A stretch of DNA of 64,000 nucleotides from Eledone cirrhosa (taxonomy: Eukaryota), in assembly GCA_964016885.1 (NCBI GenBank), contig OZ024740.1, positions 341,434,001 to 341,498,000 on the forward strand, written 5' to 3'. The notes beneath the pieces were generated by a model. That model saw nothing but the letters and a program-made list of their open reading frames with translations, was not told the DNA's origin and did not search any database. Both the position numbers and the translations under genes were made by a program. How positions within the stretch are numbered: position 1 is the first letter of the stretch; each line of letters opens with the position of its first letter. Below, piece after piece: positions 1-14,266 of the stretch.

Positions 1-404
1 TACCTAAATATATAGTAAAACCTACTCCAGCCAGTAGGCATCTCTAACAAAATACACCCCGTCCCACCACCCCCACCCCCACCCGATCCACACCACCCCG
101 TTCTATGTAAAGTTATGTTGGTGCCGCGCCATCGAGGCCGAAACAAATGAGATCGTGTAGGTGTCACGACAAAAAAACACACAGTCCACGCTGTAATGTG
201 GCCGTGTAGGCAACACGGTAAAAACCTGACCAGACCCACACTGTAAATGTGGTTGGTGTTAGGAAGGGCATCCAACTGTAGAAAACCTGCCAGACAGTCC
301 TATGCGAGCAAGACAATCACTCTTGCCTCAAGTGGGACTACCCCCGTCCAAACCCATGCAAGCGTGGAACACGGACGTTAAACGTTGATGATGATGATGA
401 TGAT
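1..404 (+). mobile_element. 3' end (UTR and (ATG)n tail) of an RTE-clade LINE
   Basis: Closely matches the sequence after the RT ORF of the RTE copies at 35560-35910 and 61447-61845, including ggttggtgttaggaagggcatcca and ggacgttaaacg(atg)n. Confidence 0.85.
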
Positions 405-459
405 GTATATATATGTATCTATATATATATATATATGTATATATATGTATATGTATATA

Positions 460-598
<139 letters not shown>

Positions 599-659
599 GT
601 ATATATATATATGTATATATATATATGTATATATATATATATGTATATATGTATATATG

Positions 660-706
<47 letters not shown>

Positions 707-715
707 GTATATATG

Positions 716-748
<33 letters not shown>

Positions 749-791
749 GTATATATATGTGTATATATATGTATATATATGTATATATATG

Positions 792-822
<31 letters not shown>

Positions 823-823
823 G

Positions 824-1044
<221 letters not shown>

Positions 1045-2116
1045 ATATGTATATGTATATATGTATATATATATATATATGTATATATATGTATATATAT
1101 ATGTATATATATATGTATATATATATGTATATATATGTATATATATATGTATATATATGTATATATATGTATATATATATGTATATATATGTATATATAT
1201 ATGTATGTATATATATGTATATATATATGTATATATATGTATATATATATGTATATATATATATGTATATATATATGTGTATATATATATGTATATATAT
1301 GTATATATATATGTATATATATATGTGTATATATATGTATATATATATGTGTATATATATGTATATATATATGTATATATATATGTATATATATATGTGT
1401 ATATATATGTGTATATATATGTATATATATATGTGTATATATATGTGTATATATATGTGTATATATATGTATATATATATTGTATATATATATGTATATA
1501 TATATGTGTATATATATATGTATATATATGTATATATATGTATATATATATGTATATGTATATATATGTATATATATGTATATATATATATGTATATATA
1601 TATGTATATATATATGTATATATATGTGTATATATATATGTATATATATATGTATATATATATGTATATATATATGTATATATATGTATATATATGTATA
1701 TATATGTATATATTTATGTATATATGTATATATATATGTATATATATGTATATATGTATATATATATGTATATATATGTATATATGTATATATATATGTA
1801 TATATGTATATATATATGTATATATATATGTATATATATGTATATATATATGTATATATATATGTATATATGTGTATATATATATGTATATATATGTATA
1901 TATATATGTATATATGTATATATATATGTATATATATGTATATATGTATATATATATGTATATATATGTGTATATATATGTATATATATGTGTATATATA
2001 TGTATATATATGTGTATATATATGTATATATATGTGTATATATATGTATATATATGTATATATATATGTATATATATGTATATGTATATATGTATATATA
2101 TGTATATGTATATATG

Positions 2117-2191
<75 letters not shown>

Positions 2192-2193
<2 letters not shown>

Positions 2194-2410
2194 TCCGGTT
2201 GCAACATTTTTTGAAATATCCAGTTCTGCGTTTACAGATTGACTTTGTTAGTTTCAGAAGATCCCGTTAAGGGTGAAAGCAGCGATTCTTTGCTTAAACT
2301 TTAATTTGTTATTTTAATAAATATTTGCTCTACGGTTCTTATATATTTGATATATATTTTCCTTATCGAGCCCTCTTTGGATTTTAGTCTTCAATTTTAT
2401 TATTATTACT
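2192..2410 (+). mobile_element. Short microsatellite-embedded element containing a hammerhead-like fold (Penelope pseudo-LTR-like), copy 1
   Basis: Identical copy at 5463-5681 and a diverged inverted relative at about 45655-46220. Contains agttt-CAGAAGA-stemII-GAAA-stemIII-TT-aaact. Confidence 0.55.
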
Positions 2411-2469
2411 ATATATATATGTATATATATATATGTATATATATATATGTATATATATGTATATATATG

Positions 2470-2500
<31 letters not shown>

Positions 2501-2767
2501 GTATATATATGTATATATATATGTATGTATGTATATATGTATATATATATATATATATGTATATATATGTATATATATGTATGTATGTATGTATGTATAT
2601 ATATGTATATATATATTATATATATGTATATATATATGTATGTATGTATATATGTATATATATGTATATATATGTATATATATGTATATATATGTATATA
2701 TGTATATATATGTATATATGTATATATATGTATATATGTATGTGTATATGTATATGTATATGTATAT

Positions 2768-2813
<46 letters not shown>

Positions 2814-2814
2814 G

Positions 2815-2859
<45 letters not shown>

Positions 2860-3156
2860 GTATATATGTATATGTATATATATGTATATATGTATATATA
2901 TGTATATATGTATATGTATATATATGTATATATGTATATGTATATATGTATATGTATATATATATATGTATATATGTATATGTATATATATGTATATATG
3001 TATATATATGTATATATGTATATGTATATATATGTATATGTATATATGTATATGTATATATATGTATATATGTATATGTATATATATGTATATATATATA
3101 TGTATATATATATGTATATATATATATGTATATATATGTATATATGTATATATATG

Positions 3157-3187
<31 letters not shown>

Positions 3188-3367
3188 GTATATATATGTA
3201 TATATATATATGTATATATATGTATATATGTATATATATGTATATATGTATATATGTATATATATGTATATATATATGTATATATATGTATATATATGTA
3301 TATATATATATGTATATGTATGTATATATATATATATATATATGTATATGTGTATATATGTATATAT

Positions 3368-3585
3368 GAAGGCGTGTGGCTGAGTGGTTAGAGTATTGGA
3401 TTCACAATCGTGAGGTTGTGAGTTCGATTCCTGAACCAGGCGATGCGTTATGTCCTTGAGCAAGACACTTTATTTCACGTTGCTCCTTCTACCTGGAGTT
3501 GCGACCGATAGATAGTATTAGCAATTGGAAAGACCAACGGAAACATGGTTTCCTCGGTCCGATTTGACGAAAGTCGATCGACTAG
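3368..3585 (+). mobile_element. tRNA-derived CORE-type SINE with an atypical structured 3' end
   Basis: A-box tggctgagtgg, B-box gttcgattcc, then CORE-like tgtccttgagcaagacacttt. The 3' part differs from the other copies. Confidence 0.75.
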
Positions 3586-3852
3586 AATATATATGTATAT
3601 ATATGTATATATGTATATATATGTATATATGTATATATATGTATATATGTATATATATGTATATATATATATGTATGTATATATATGTATATATATATAT
3701 GTATATATATGTATGTATATATATGTATATATATGTATCTATATATATATATATATGTATATATATGTATATGTATATATATATGTATATATATGTATAT
3801 GTATATATATATGTATATATATATATATGTATATATATGTATATATATATAT

Positions 3853-3934
<82 letters not shown>

Positions 3935-3949
3935 GTATATATATATATG

Positions 3950-4062
<113 letters not shown>

Positions 4063-4105
4063 GTATATATATGTGTATATATATGTATATATATGTATAT
4101 ATATG

Positions 4106-4181
<76 letters not shown>

Positions 4182-4647
4182 TGTATATGTATATGTATAT
4201 ATATATATATGTATATGTATATATATATGTATATATATATGTATATATATGTATATATATATGTATATATATGTATATATATATGTATATATATGTATAT
4301 ATATGTATATATATATATGTATATATATATGTATATATATATATATATGTATATATATGTATATATATATGTATATATATGTATATATATATGTATATAT
4401 ATGTATATATATGTATATATATATATGTATATATATATGTGTATATATATATGTATATATATATGTATATATATATGTGTATATATATATGTATATATAT
4501 ATGTATATATATATGTATATATATATGTATATATATATGTGTATATATATGTATATATATATGTGTATATATATGTATATATATATGTATATATATATGT
4601 ATATATATATGTATATATATATGTGTATATATATGTGTATATATATG

Positions 4648-4682
<35 letters not shown>

Positions 4683-5325
4683 GTGTATATATATGTATAT
4701 ATATATGTATATGTATGTATATGTATATGTATATATATGTATATATATGTATATATATATGTATATATATGTGTATATATATATGTATATATATATGTAT
4801 ATATATATGTATATATATATGTATATATATATGTATATATATATGTATATATATGTATATATATGTATATATTTATGTATATATATATGTATATATGTAT
4901 ATATATATGTATATATATGTATATATGTATATATATATGTATATATGTATATATATATGTATATATATATATGTATATATATGTATATATATATGTATAT
5001 ATATGTATATATGTATATATATATGTATATATGTATATATATATGTATATATATGTATATATATATGTATATATGTATATATATATGTATATATGTATAT
5101 ATATATGTATATATATATGTATATATGTATATATATATGTATATATATATGTATATATGTATATATATATGTATATATGTATATATATATGTATATATAT
5201 GTATATATATATGTATATATATGTGTATATATATGTATATATATGTGTATATATATGTATATATATGTGTATATATATGTATATATATGTATATATATAT
5301 GTATATATATGTATATGTATATATG

Positions 5326-5356
<31 letters not shown>

Positions 5357-5363
5357 GTATATG

Positions 5364-5681
<318 letters not shown>

Positions 5682-5706
5682 ATATATATATGTATATATA
5701 TATATG

Positions 5707-5755
<49 letters not shown>

Positions 5756-5776
5756 GTATATATATGTATATATATG

Positions 5777-5807
<31 letters not shown>

Positions 5808-6018
5808 GTATATATATGTATATATATATGTATGTATGTATATATGTATATATATATATGTATATATATGTATATATATGTATGTATGTATATATGTATA
5901 TATATATGTATATATATGTATATATATGTATATATATGTATATATATGTATATATGTATATATATGTATATATGTATGTGTATATATATATGTATATGTA
6001 TATATGTATATGTATATG

Positions 6019-6049
<31 letters not shown>

Positions 6050-6851
6050 GTATATATGTATATGTATATGTATATATGTATATGTATATATGTATATGTA
6101 TATATATGTATATATGTATATATATATATGTATATATGTATATGTATATATATGTATATATATGTATATATGTATATGTATATATATGTATATATGTATA
6201 TGTATATATATATATGTATATATGTATATGTATATATATGTATATATGTATATATATGTATATATGTATATGTATATATATGTATATGTATATGTATATA
6301 TATGTATATATGTATATGTATATATATGTATATATGTATATGTATGTATATGTATATATATGTATATGTATATATATGTATATATGTATATGTATATATA
6401 TGTATATATGTATATGTATATATGTATATGTATATATGTATATATGTATATGTATATATATGTATATGTATATATATGTATATGTATATGTATATATGTA
6501 TATGTATGTATATGTATGTATATATATGTATATGTATGTATATGTATGTATATGTATGTATATATATGTATATGTATGTATATGTATGTATATGTATATG
6601 TATATATATGTATATGTATATATATATATATGTATATGTATATATATGTATATGTATATATATATATATGTATATGTATATATATATATATGTATGTATA
6701 TGTATATATATGTATATGTATATGTATATGTATATATATGTATATGTATATATATGTATATGTATATATATATGTGTTTATAGATATATGTATTTATAGA
6801 TATATGTATTTATAGATATATGTATATATATATGTATATGTATGTATATGT

Positions 6852-8270
6852 ATCATCATCATCGTCATCATCATTGTGATTTTACGTCCGCTTTTCCCTG
6901 CTTGCAAGGGTGGGACGGATCTTATTCAGCACAGCATCTCTCCACCGTGAGCTTCAATGATCTGAGGTCTGTTCTCACCACCTCTGCCCATATTTTTTGT
7001 GGTCTACCTCTACCACGTCTTCCTTCAACTGGCATTTCCTGGCACTTCTTCACCCACCGGTCATCCTCCATGCGCATCACATGTCCATACCACCTCAGTC
7101 TCCTCTCCCGTACACTACATTCTATCCCTCTCAGACACAGTTTCTCTCTCAACACATTTATGCTGGGTCGTTCACGCACATTTACACTGCACATCCAACG
7201 GAGCATGCTTGCCTCATTTCTCTCCAGCCGTCGCATATCCTCTGCAGTTGCTGCCCATGTCTCACTACCATGCAGCATCGCGCTTCTCACACAGGCATCG
7301 TGCAACCGGCCTTTCGTACGCAGGGAGAAACCCTTCTTCGTCAACAGAGGAAGCAGCTCCCTAAACTGCTTCCAACCCGTCCTTATTCTAGATACTATGG
7401 CCTCGGAACACCCTCCTCCCATGCTAATCTGATCTCCTAGGTACCGGAAGCTATCCACCACTTCTATAGCGCCCTCCTGCATTTGAAAAATGTGTCTATC
7501 AATGCGACTTCTACTGTCTAATTTCCCTGTACATCTACTGCATACATATTTCTCCCTACCTGTTGGTTTGCCTGCTATCCCGCTACATCTCTTGTGTACC
7601 CAGGATCTGCATTGTGTGCATTTTATAGAATTTATGCCAGTTCCTTTTCTGCATATCGAACATGGCCATTTCCCTGACGGAATCAGGGTTTTGTCCTCTT
7701 TTCTACTCATCAACACTTTTGTCTTAGCTAGGTTTACTCTCAGTCCTCTTGCTTCCAACTGCTGTTTCCATAGCCAGAATTTATTCTCTAGCTGATTCTG
7801 CTATAAGAACCAGATCGTCAGCATAGAGAAGTTCCCATGGACAGCCAGTCTTAAACTCCTCTGTTATGGCTTGGAGGACTATAATGAACAAGAGTAGGCT
7901 GAGGACCGAACCCTGATGTACACCTACTTGTATCTGGAATTCCTCACTAAACTCCATACCTACTCTCACTTTACTGACAGCACCCCTGTACATAGCTTGC
8001 ACTGCCCTCACAAGCCATTCCTCCACACCTAGTTTCCTTAGGGACCACCAGATGACAGATCGGGGTACCCTGTCAAAAGCCTTCTCTAGGTCAACAAAAG
8101 CTAAGTATAGTGGCTTATTCTTCTCTAAGAACCTCTCTTGTAATTGCCTCACTATGAAGAGGGCATCTGTTGTACTTTTCCGAGGCACAAAACCAAACTG
8201 CATCTCATCTAAATTGACCCTTTCTCTAATCAGTTGTGCTAATATTCTCTCTGACATTTCCATAACCTGA
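6852..8270 (-). mobile_element. 5'-truncated RTE-clade LINE (RT C-terminal half)
   Basis: Motifs [32 protein letters not shown] and RRLRWYGHV in ORFs 7781-8302 and 6922-7758 (frameshifted). (ATG)n tail at 6852-6875. Confidence 0.92.
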
Positions 8271-8469
8271 ACTATTTTGATCTCGTATATGGCCTCAGCC
8301 ATCCAACTAGCCTGTGGGTAAGCTCCTGGGACTGAGGAGAACTGGGGAGATGGTCAACCACAAAGATAGAGAAGGGAGAGATTTATGAATTCGGCATAGT
8401 CTTCTGAGGAATGCTCTCTAGAAAGTAGTACAGTCAGTAGATATTCAACCATCTCCTCCCTCTTTTGTT

Positions 8470-9990
8470 TTGATGGAAAAACAAAGTCAAAGATGACTGA
8501 CAAACCAATTGGAAAGGTGATTTTGAGGAAAATTTTGACATTGCAAGCCAGAACGTTCTCAAACAAAAATGTTTTATCTGAAGACAAAGATTTCCTTGAG
8601 ACACAGCAGGAAGATCAGATGTCTTCATTCCTCGCTGGTGTTGATGCAGAATATGTGAGAGCCATTCAGAAGAAGATTCACGATATGAAAGTAAGAAAGA
8701 GAAAGCAGGACGTAGTCAAGGAGTAGCTCTTGAAAGTTTGTCATCCAGCTCAGCTATTAATGATGATGATGATGAAATCTTCAAGTCAGCACTCATGTTG
8801 CCATGTGGGAACAGGAGAAACTATCGGTATGACAAGCAAGTACTTCTTACATCACGTCTTATTCAGGATGTGTCTGAACTCTCGGTTTTCCCTTTAACTG
8901 TTTATCTTTATTTCACCATGAGAAGATAGCTCAGGAAATCGAGTTATCTGTTTTCCCACATGAAGACAGATCCTGGCTAGTCCTCCACTGTAATGGAGAA
9001 TTATAACCATTGGCTTCCTAATCCAGCACACTCAAAGATTGGATTGCAGTTTTAATTACAGGAGAAAAAAAGGAGCTCTTAGGTATTCCGATTGCAAGAG
9101 ATGGAACCAGACAACAATTTGCTGAAGTTGTTTTGAAGGAAATTCAATGACTCAAAATTAAGAATAGAACCGGCATGCGCCAAGGAGCTAAAATGAAAAT
9201 TGAAGCAGCTCTGAAAAAAACCCTTTTGTGGCTGACTTGCCACCATCATATTCTTGAACTGGTTTTTAAGAAAGTCTTCAAGATTTTTTTCCCCTTCATC
9301 TGGTCTGGTATCCTAGGGTTTAAAAAGTTCCAGGAATGCTGATACTCCATTGATAAGTCTCATTATCAAACTATCCTGAATGATGATGAGCCCATGGAAG
9401 ATTTTTACAAGCAAAAGAGGGAGGAGATGATTGAATATCTACTGACTGTACTACTTTCTAGAGAGCATTCCTCAGAAGACTATGCCGAATTCATAAATCT
9501 CTCCCTTCTCTATCTTTGTGGGTGACCATCTCCCCAGTTCACCTTCTCACTCCCAGGAGCTTACCCACAGGCTAGTTGGATGGCTGAGGCTATATACGAG
9601 ATCGAAATAGTTCTGTTAAAAAAACAACTTAAGCTTACACTGCAGGAGTCGAGAGATATAGAAAAATTTGTTCTTGGTTATAAATTTCATTCATATAAAG
9701 TTTCTCTTTTTAACCTCAAAATTATTGTGTATTTAGAACATTGCTCCTGCTTATTTTCATTTCATTTTCTTCTGTTGTATGGTTTCCTCATTGGATTCAG
9801 TAAAGTGAACAGAAGGACAATATACCACAGGCCAGGTTTAAAAAATAGTCATAAATAAAAAGATGTGAAAGTGTGCAAGCCCTAAATATTATTTGATTGA
9901 CCTATAATTCAGCATACTTCATTATTTCACAGGCATAACCGACACAAGATGACTGGCGAATACTTTGCAAAATGGAACACCCTTCTGTAC
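8470..9990 (+). pseudogene. Degenerate DNA-transposon transposase (hAT-related, possibly hATm-like)
   Basis: Hand-translated fragments ELLGIPIARDGT, LWLTCHHHILELV (CxxH-type motif), EDYAEFINLSLLYL and PGAYPQASWMAEAIYEI. Many stops and frameshifts; the family assignment is from memory of motifs. Confidence 0.6.
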
Positions 9991-11084
9991 TTATATTTTG
10001 CACCAGTCCCCACCATGACATTAAATGAAACCAAAATTGTTTTAGAGAGAAAATTTATATAAAAGAAAACATAAATTTTATATTTTATTAACACACCTTA
10101 TCTCATGGAACTCCAGAATTTTTTTTGCACAACCTTGAGTTTCCCTAGGAACCTACCTTAGGAAACATTGCACTCAACTGTAGATTGAGGGGTGTTATAT
10201 TTGACTAGATATATGTAGTTAGATGTTGCAATTGCTCTCTCAGATCAGTGATTATTTTAACATGCAGCTAACCACTGCTTGTGTAGTTCTAAATTTAATT
10301 TTATGCTGTAAATTTGCATTTAAATTCAATTATTACATGCACTTGCATGGTAAATGATGGTTAAAAGACTTAAAACAGTCATAAAAGTTAAAACATACCC
10401 ATTACAAATACCTCACATACTCAGAATATCAAACACTAGGTCATATTACTTTCCTCAATGAACTATACTCTTCCTCTACAATGATTTGTGAAGTTCTAAA
10501 ATTTACTTAAAACAAACCTGATTCCTGATCTAATAGATGTAGGCTGAGATGTGTTGTTATGTAATTATTACTATCTTTACTGTGTATTTACAAAACTATG
10601 AGTCATGTTCCACTTAATAAATCTCTTATTTATTTTATTTTGTTTTTATCATTATCTTTTATTGTCATCTGGACCACTCTCTACCACTTGGAGAGGATAA
10701 CATTTTATTCAACTCTGAACTGATTTTATCTTTTCAACAAATTACAGCATTTACTTGCTGTTAAATTAGCTTATTGTATCAGGTGCCCATGTGTGTAGTA
10801 AACATGTGTATTCTGTTGTCAAGATGTGTTGTATATCAAAGCAGGCAATGACAGACCATTTTTATTTTTATATCTGTTTTTCTATGCTGGCATGAATTGG
10901 AGGAGTCTTTTTGGAGGCAGATATCAACCTTCACTTGTTATTTTAGTCTGTTTAGCAGCCAGACCTCTGTTTACATGTAATTGTAAAAAATATCACCTGT
11001 GTTAAAGAAAATATTAAAACAGACACACGCACATAGATACATACATCCACTTATATATATCATCAACGTTTTTACATCCAGTGC

Positions 11085-12165
11085 TAGTAAGTAGGAAAGG
11101 AAAGAAGATTGGACCCTGATTCCCTCAGGAAAATGGCCCTGCTCAATATATATCCGAAGTGCGATGTTGCATAGTGAATCATGGGCAATGGCTGTAGAGG
11201 ACATGCATAGGTTGGAAAGAAATGAAGCAACCATGCTTCATTGGATGTGTAATGTAAATGTGAGAAAAAAGTAGAGCTTGGATGAACTGAGGGAGAAACT
11301 GGGTTTAAGAGGAATCCGAACTGGTATACAAGAGAGATGACTGCATTGATACCAACATGTGATGTGCTTCGATGATGGTAGATGGGTGAAGAAGTGCCAT
11401 AAAATCCCAGTAGAAGGAAGCCACAGAAGACCTGGGCAGAAGGGGTGAGAACTGATCTCAAATCACTGAGATTATGAAGGAACACAATAGGTGGAGAGAT
11501 GTTGTGCTGAAAAGGACCTGTCAAACCCATGCAAACGTGGAAAAATGTAGGTAAAAACGATGATGATGATGGTAACACACAGTCTTCTCTGTGTGTATAA
11601 ATATATATATATATATATATGCGTTGTCTGCAGGAGAGGAGATTGTGTTGGTATGGACATGTGATGCGTATGAAGGATGACAGTTGCATAAAAAGGTGCA
11701 GAGCATTAAAAGTCGATAGAAGCCTTGGAGTGGGGAGAAGACCTGGAATGTGGTGATAAAAACTGACCTTGCCCAATTGTACCTCTTAAAGGAGATGACA
11801 CAAGACCAAGACCTCTGGCGTTATGCAGTTATACAGAAGACCCGAATTCCCACGGGTACAAGCTGAAGCATATAGACAATATGCCCCCAAGCCCCTCCTG
11901 CTGTAAAGTGGTCGTGTAGGTGTCACAACATAAAAGGACCCAGTCCACACTATAAAGTGGTTGTGTAGGCACCACGGTAAAAAAGCACCCAGTACTCACT
12001 GTAAATGAGGTTGGTGTTAGGAAGGGCATCCAGCTGTAGAAATTGAGCCAAAATCTGTCCTGTGTGAGCAAGACACGGTCACCTGACCTGGCATTGCCCA
12101 CAACAGGACAACCTGTCTAACCCATGCTAGCGTGGAGACATTGACGTAAAACAGTTATGATGATA
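11085..12165 (+). mobile_element. Two degenerate RTE LINE 3' fragments separated by a short (TA)n
   Basis: IPSGKWPC, LERNEA and WYGHVMRM remnants, plus (ATG)n tails near 11560 and 12160. Confidence 0.8.
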
Positions 12166-12338
12166 TATATAGTAAGGGGTTAACAGAATAGGGATGTGTG
12201 GATCACACCATGATCTGTTGGTTGTGAAGCAGATAAAAAGAAGCGCTCAATGACCTGTATAAATGGTACAAGACGGAGTATTATATATTAATAAAAGATC
12301 GGAGGCTATATTCAGTTGATTCAGGTTTATTTAAAACT

Positions 12339-12396
12339 CTGTTATACATATTTCACTGAGGACTATCAGTTATGATAGCCCGAGCTCTTCAGACGG
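12339..12396 (-). ncRNA. Candidate hammerhead ribozyme motif (degenerate)
   Basis: Minus strand reads ccgt-CTGAAGA-gctcgggctatca-taac-tgatagtcctcagt-GAAA-tatgta-TA-acag. Confidence 0.45.
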
Positions 12397-12679
12397 CAAA
12401 ACCTAAAATAAACATAGAAAGTTCCAAGAAACCTTAAAAATTTGGAAAAAATCTAATAATTTCCCCCTAAAAAAGATTTTCTTTTCATTATACAGTGGGC
12501 CGGCTGAATGTGTGGTGCTGTTTCTTCGACGGCCGGCTCCTGTATAACCCCAAGAGTTTAGGAAGTAACGAAAACGGTTGGTAGCCTTTCTTCCTCCCTT
12601 CCTTATCATTATCTGTTGTAGTAGTAATCTCAGCGGCTGCTATAATAGTAGTGACAACCCCTCCCAACCCCATATTGTC

Positions 12680-13200
12680 CACAGGTCTGTACACTGAGAT
12701 TACTTTATCTACCCACTTGTCAGCTAGTAGTATACCTACACCACCTATCCCATCGTCATTTCCCACCCAGAAAAATTTGTAACACCGACTTTTTCCTACA
12801 AGGACTCTGGCAGACTCTCCTCTCCATCTAGTCTCTTGCACACAGCATACATCAATTTCCTTTCGCTCTAGCATTTCTACGATTTCTCCTGCTCTTCCTT
12901 TCATTGAGCCTACATTGATGGTACCAACTCAGAGTTTTGGGCATTTGTCGACACTCGTAGGCAAGGGTCTCTGGATTGGCGCTTCACATGGGTGCTTGGT
13001 CGCTCGCAGATTCATATTTCATCTATTGATTCAGAGTTGCTCAAATTTATTCTCAGCTCATCCATCCATAACGGTAGGAAAATTGAGGGCTAGAAGAACA
13101 GTGGTGGTGGGATAATGGCAGGGTGTGTTGGGCTGGGACAGGGGAGGAGAGTGTTAGTTAGTTAGGTAGTAGTAGTAGCAGCAGCAGCAGAAGAAATGGC
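12680..13200 (-). mobile_element. RTE LINE 5' fragment (APE endonuclease N-terminus)
   Basis: VGTINVGSMKGR...VCCVQETRW...GGVGIL in and just upstream of ORF 12488-12904. Confidence 0.85.
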
Positions 13201-13797
13201 ATGCTGAGGTTTGATTGGTCGAATAGGCTATGGTGGTGTAAGGGGGGGGGGAATTGTGAGGTAGGCACTGAGGGTCGCCGTCAAGGCTAACAAACTAACC
13301 GATAGAATACCACATGGCAAAATATCCGATATAATACAACAACAATAATATTAATAATAATAGCGTCATAAGAGCTAAATACCTTTGAAAAATTTGGATG
13401 GATGGATGGTTGGAACGAAGCCAAATCAACTCTAGTGATTCATTTTAGCCGATAGGATAGAGTGTCTTATCTCTTCAATAGCTTCAAGATGAGTGAGGTG
13501 GAATGGGCGAAAGGGGAACGGGAGGTAATGGGTGGCTTAGAGATAGATAGAGAGAGGGTAGCCATCATAGAGAGAGAGATAGAGAGGGGGGGGGGGTCAC
13601 CGTCAAGGCTAACAAACTAACCGATAGAATACCGCATAGCAAAATATCCGATATAATATATATATATATATATATAGGTATATGTGTGTATATATATATA
13701 TAGGTATATGTGTGTATATATATATATAGGTATATGTGTGTGTATATATATATATATATGTATATGTGTGTGTATATATATATATGTATATATATAG

Positions 13798-13859
<62 letters not shown>

Positions 13860-13861
<2 letters not shown>

Positions 13862-14206
13862 GGGCACATGGCTTAGTGGTTAGAGCATTGGCCTTGCAAT
13901 CGAAAGGTTGTGAGTTCAATTCTCAGACCGGGTGATGTGTTGTTTCCTTGAGCAAGACACTTTATTTCACATTGCTCCAGTTTACACAGCTGTAGAAATG
14001 AGATGGTAGGGACTGGGGTCCATATCATTCCACTGCAAAGTGGTCGTGGAGGTGCCACGGCAAAAAAGCACCCAGCACTCACTGTAAATGAGGTTGGTGT
14101 TAGGAAGGGCATCCAGCTGTAGAAATCAAGCCAGAATCAGTTCCCGCCCCACCCTTGCAAGCAGGGAAAAGTGGAGGTAAAATAAAATGAAATGATGAAT
14201 GATGAT
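13860..14206 (+). mobile_element. tRNA-headed CORE-type SINE with RTE-derived tail
   Basis: A/B boxes, CORE-like segment, tail cccacccttgcaagcagggaaaag. Near-identical copies at 28062-28397 and 50553-50877. Confidence 0.85.
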
Positions 14207-14266
14207 ATAAATAGGTATATGTGTGTATATATATGTATATATATATAGGTATATGTGTGTATATAT

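Noticed and set aside
3368-3445. tRNA-like sequences here and at 13860, 20697, 28062, 44520 and 50877
   Set aside because: They are SINE heads followed by CORE bodies, without a proper acceptor stem.
9800-9996. Two exon-like segments with ag/gt boundaries as possible upstream HOIP exons
   Set aside because: No PUB/NZF similarity. The peptide (SEQKDNI...HNRHK) fits better as the decayed end of the adjacent transposase relic.
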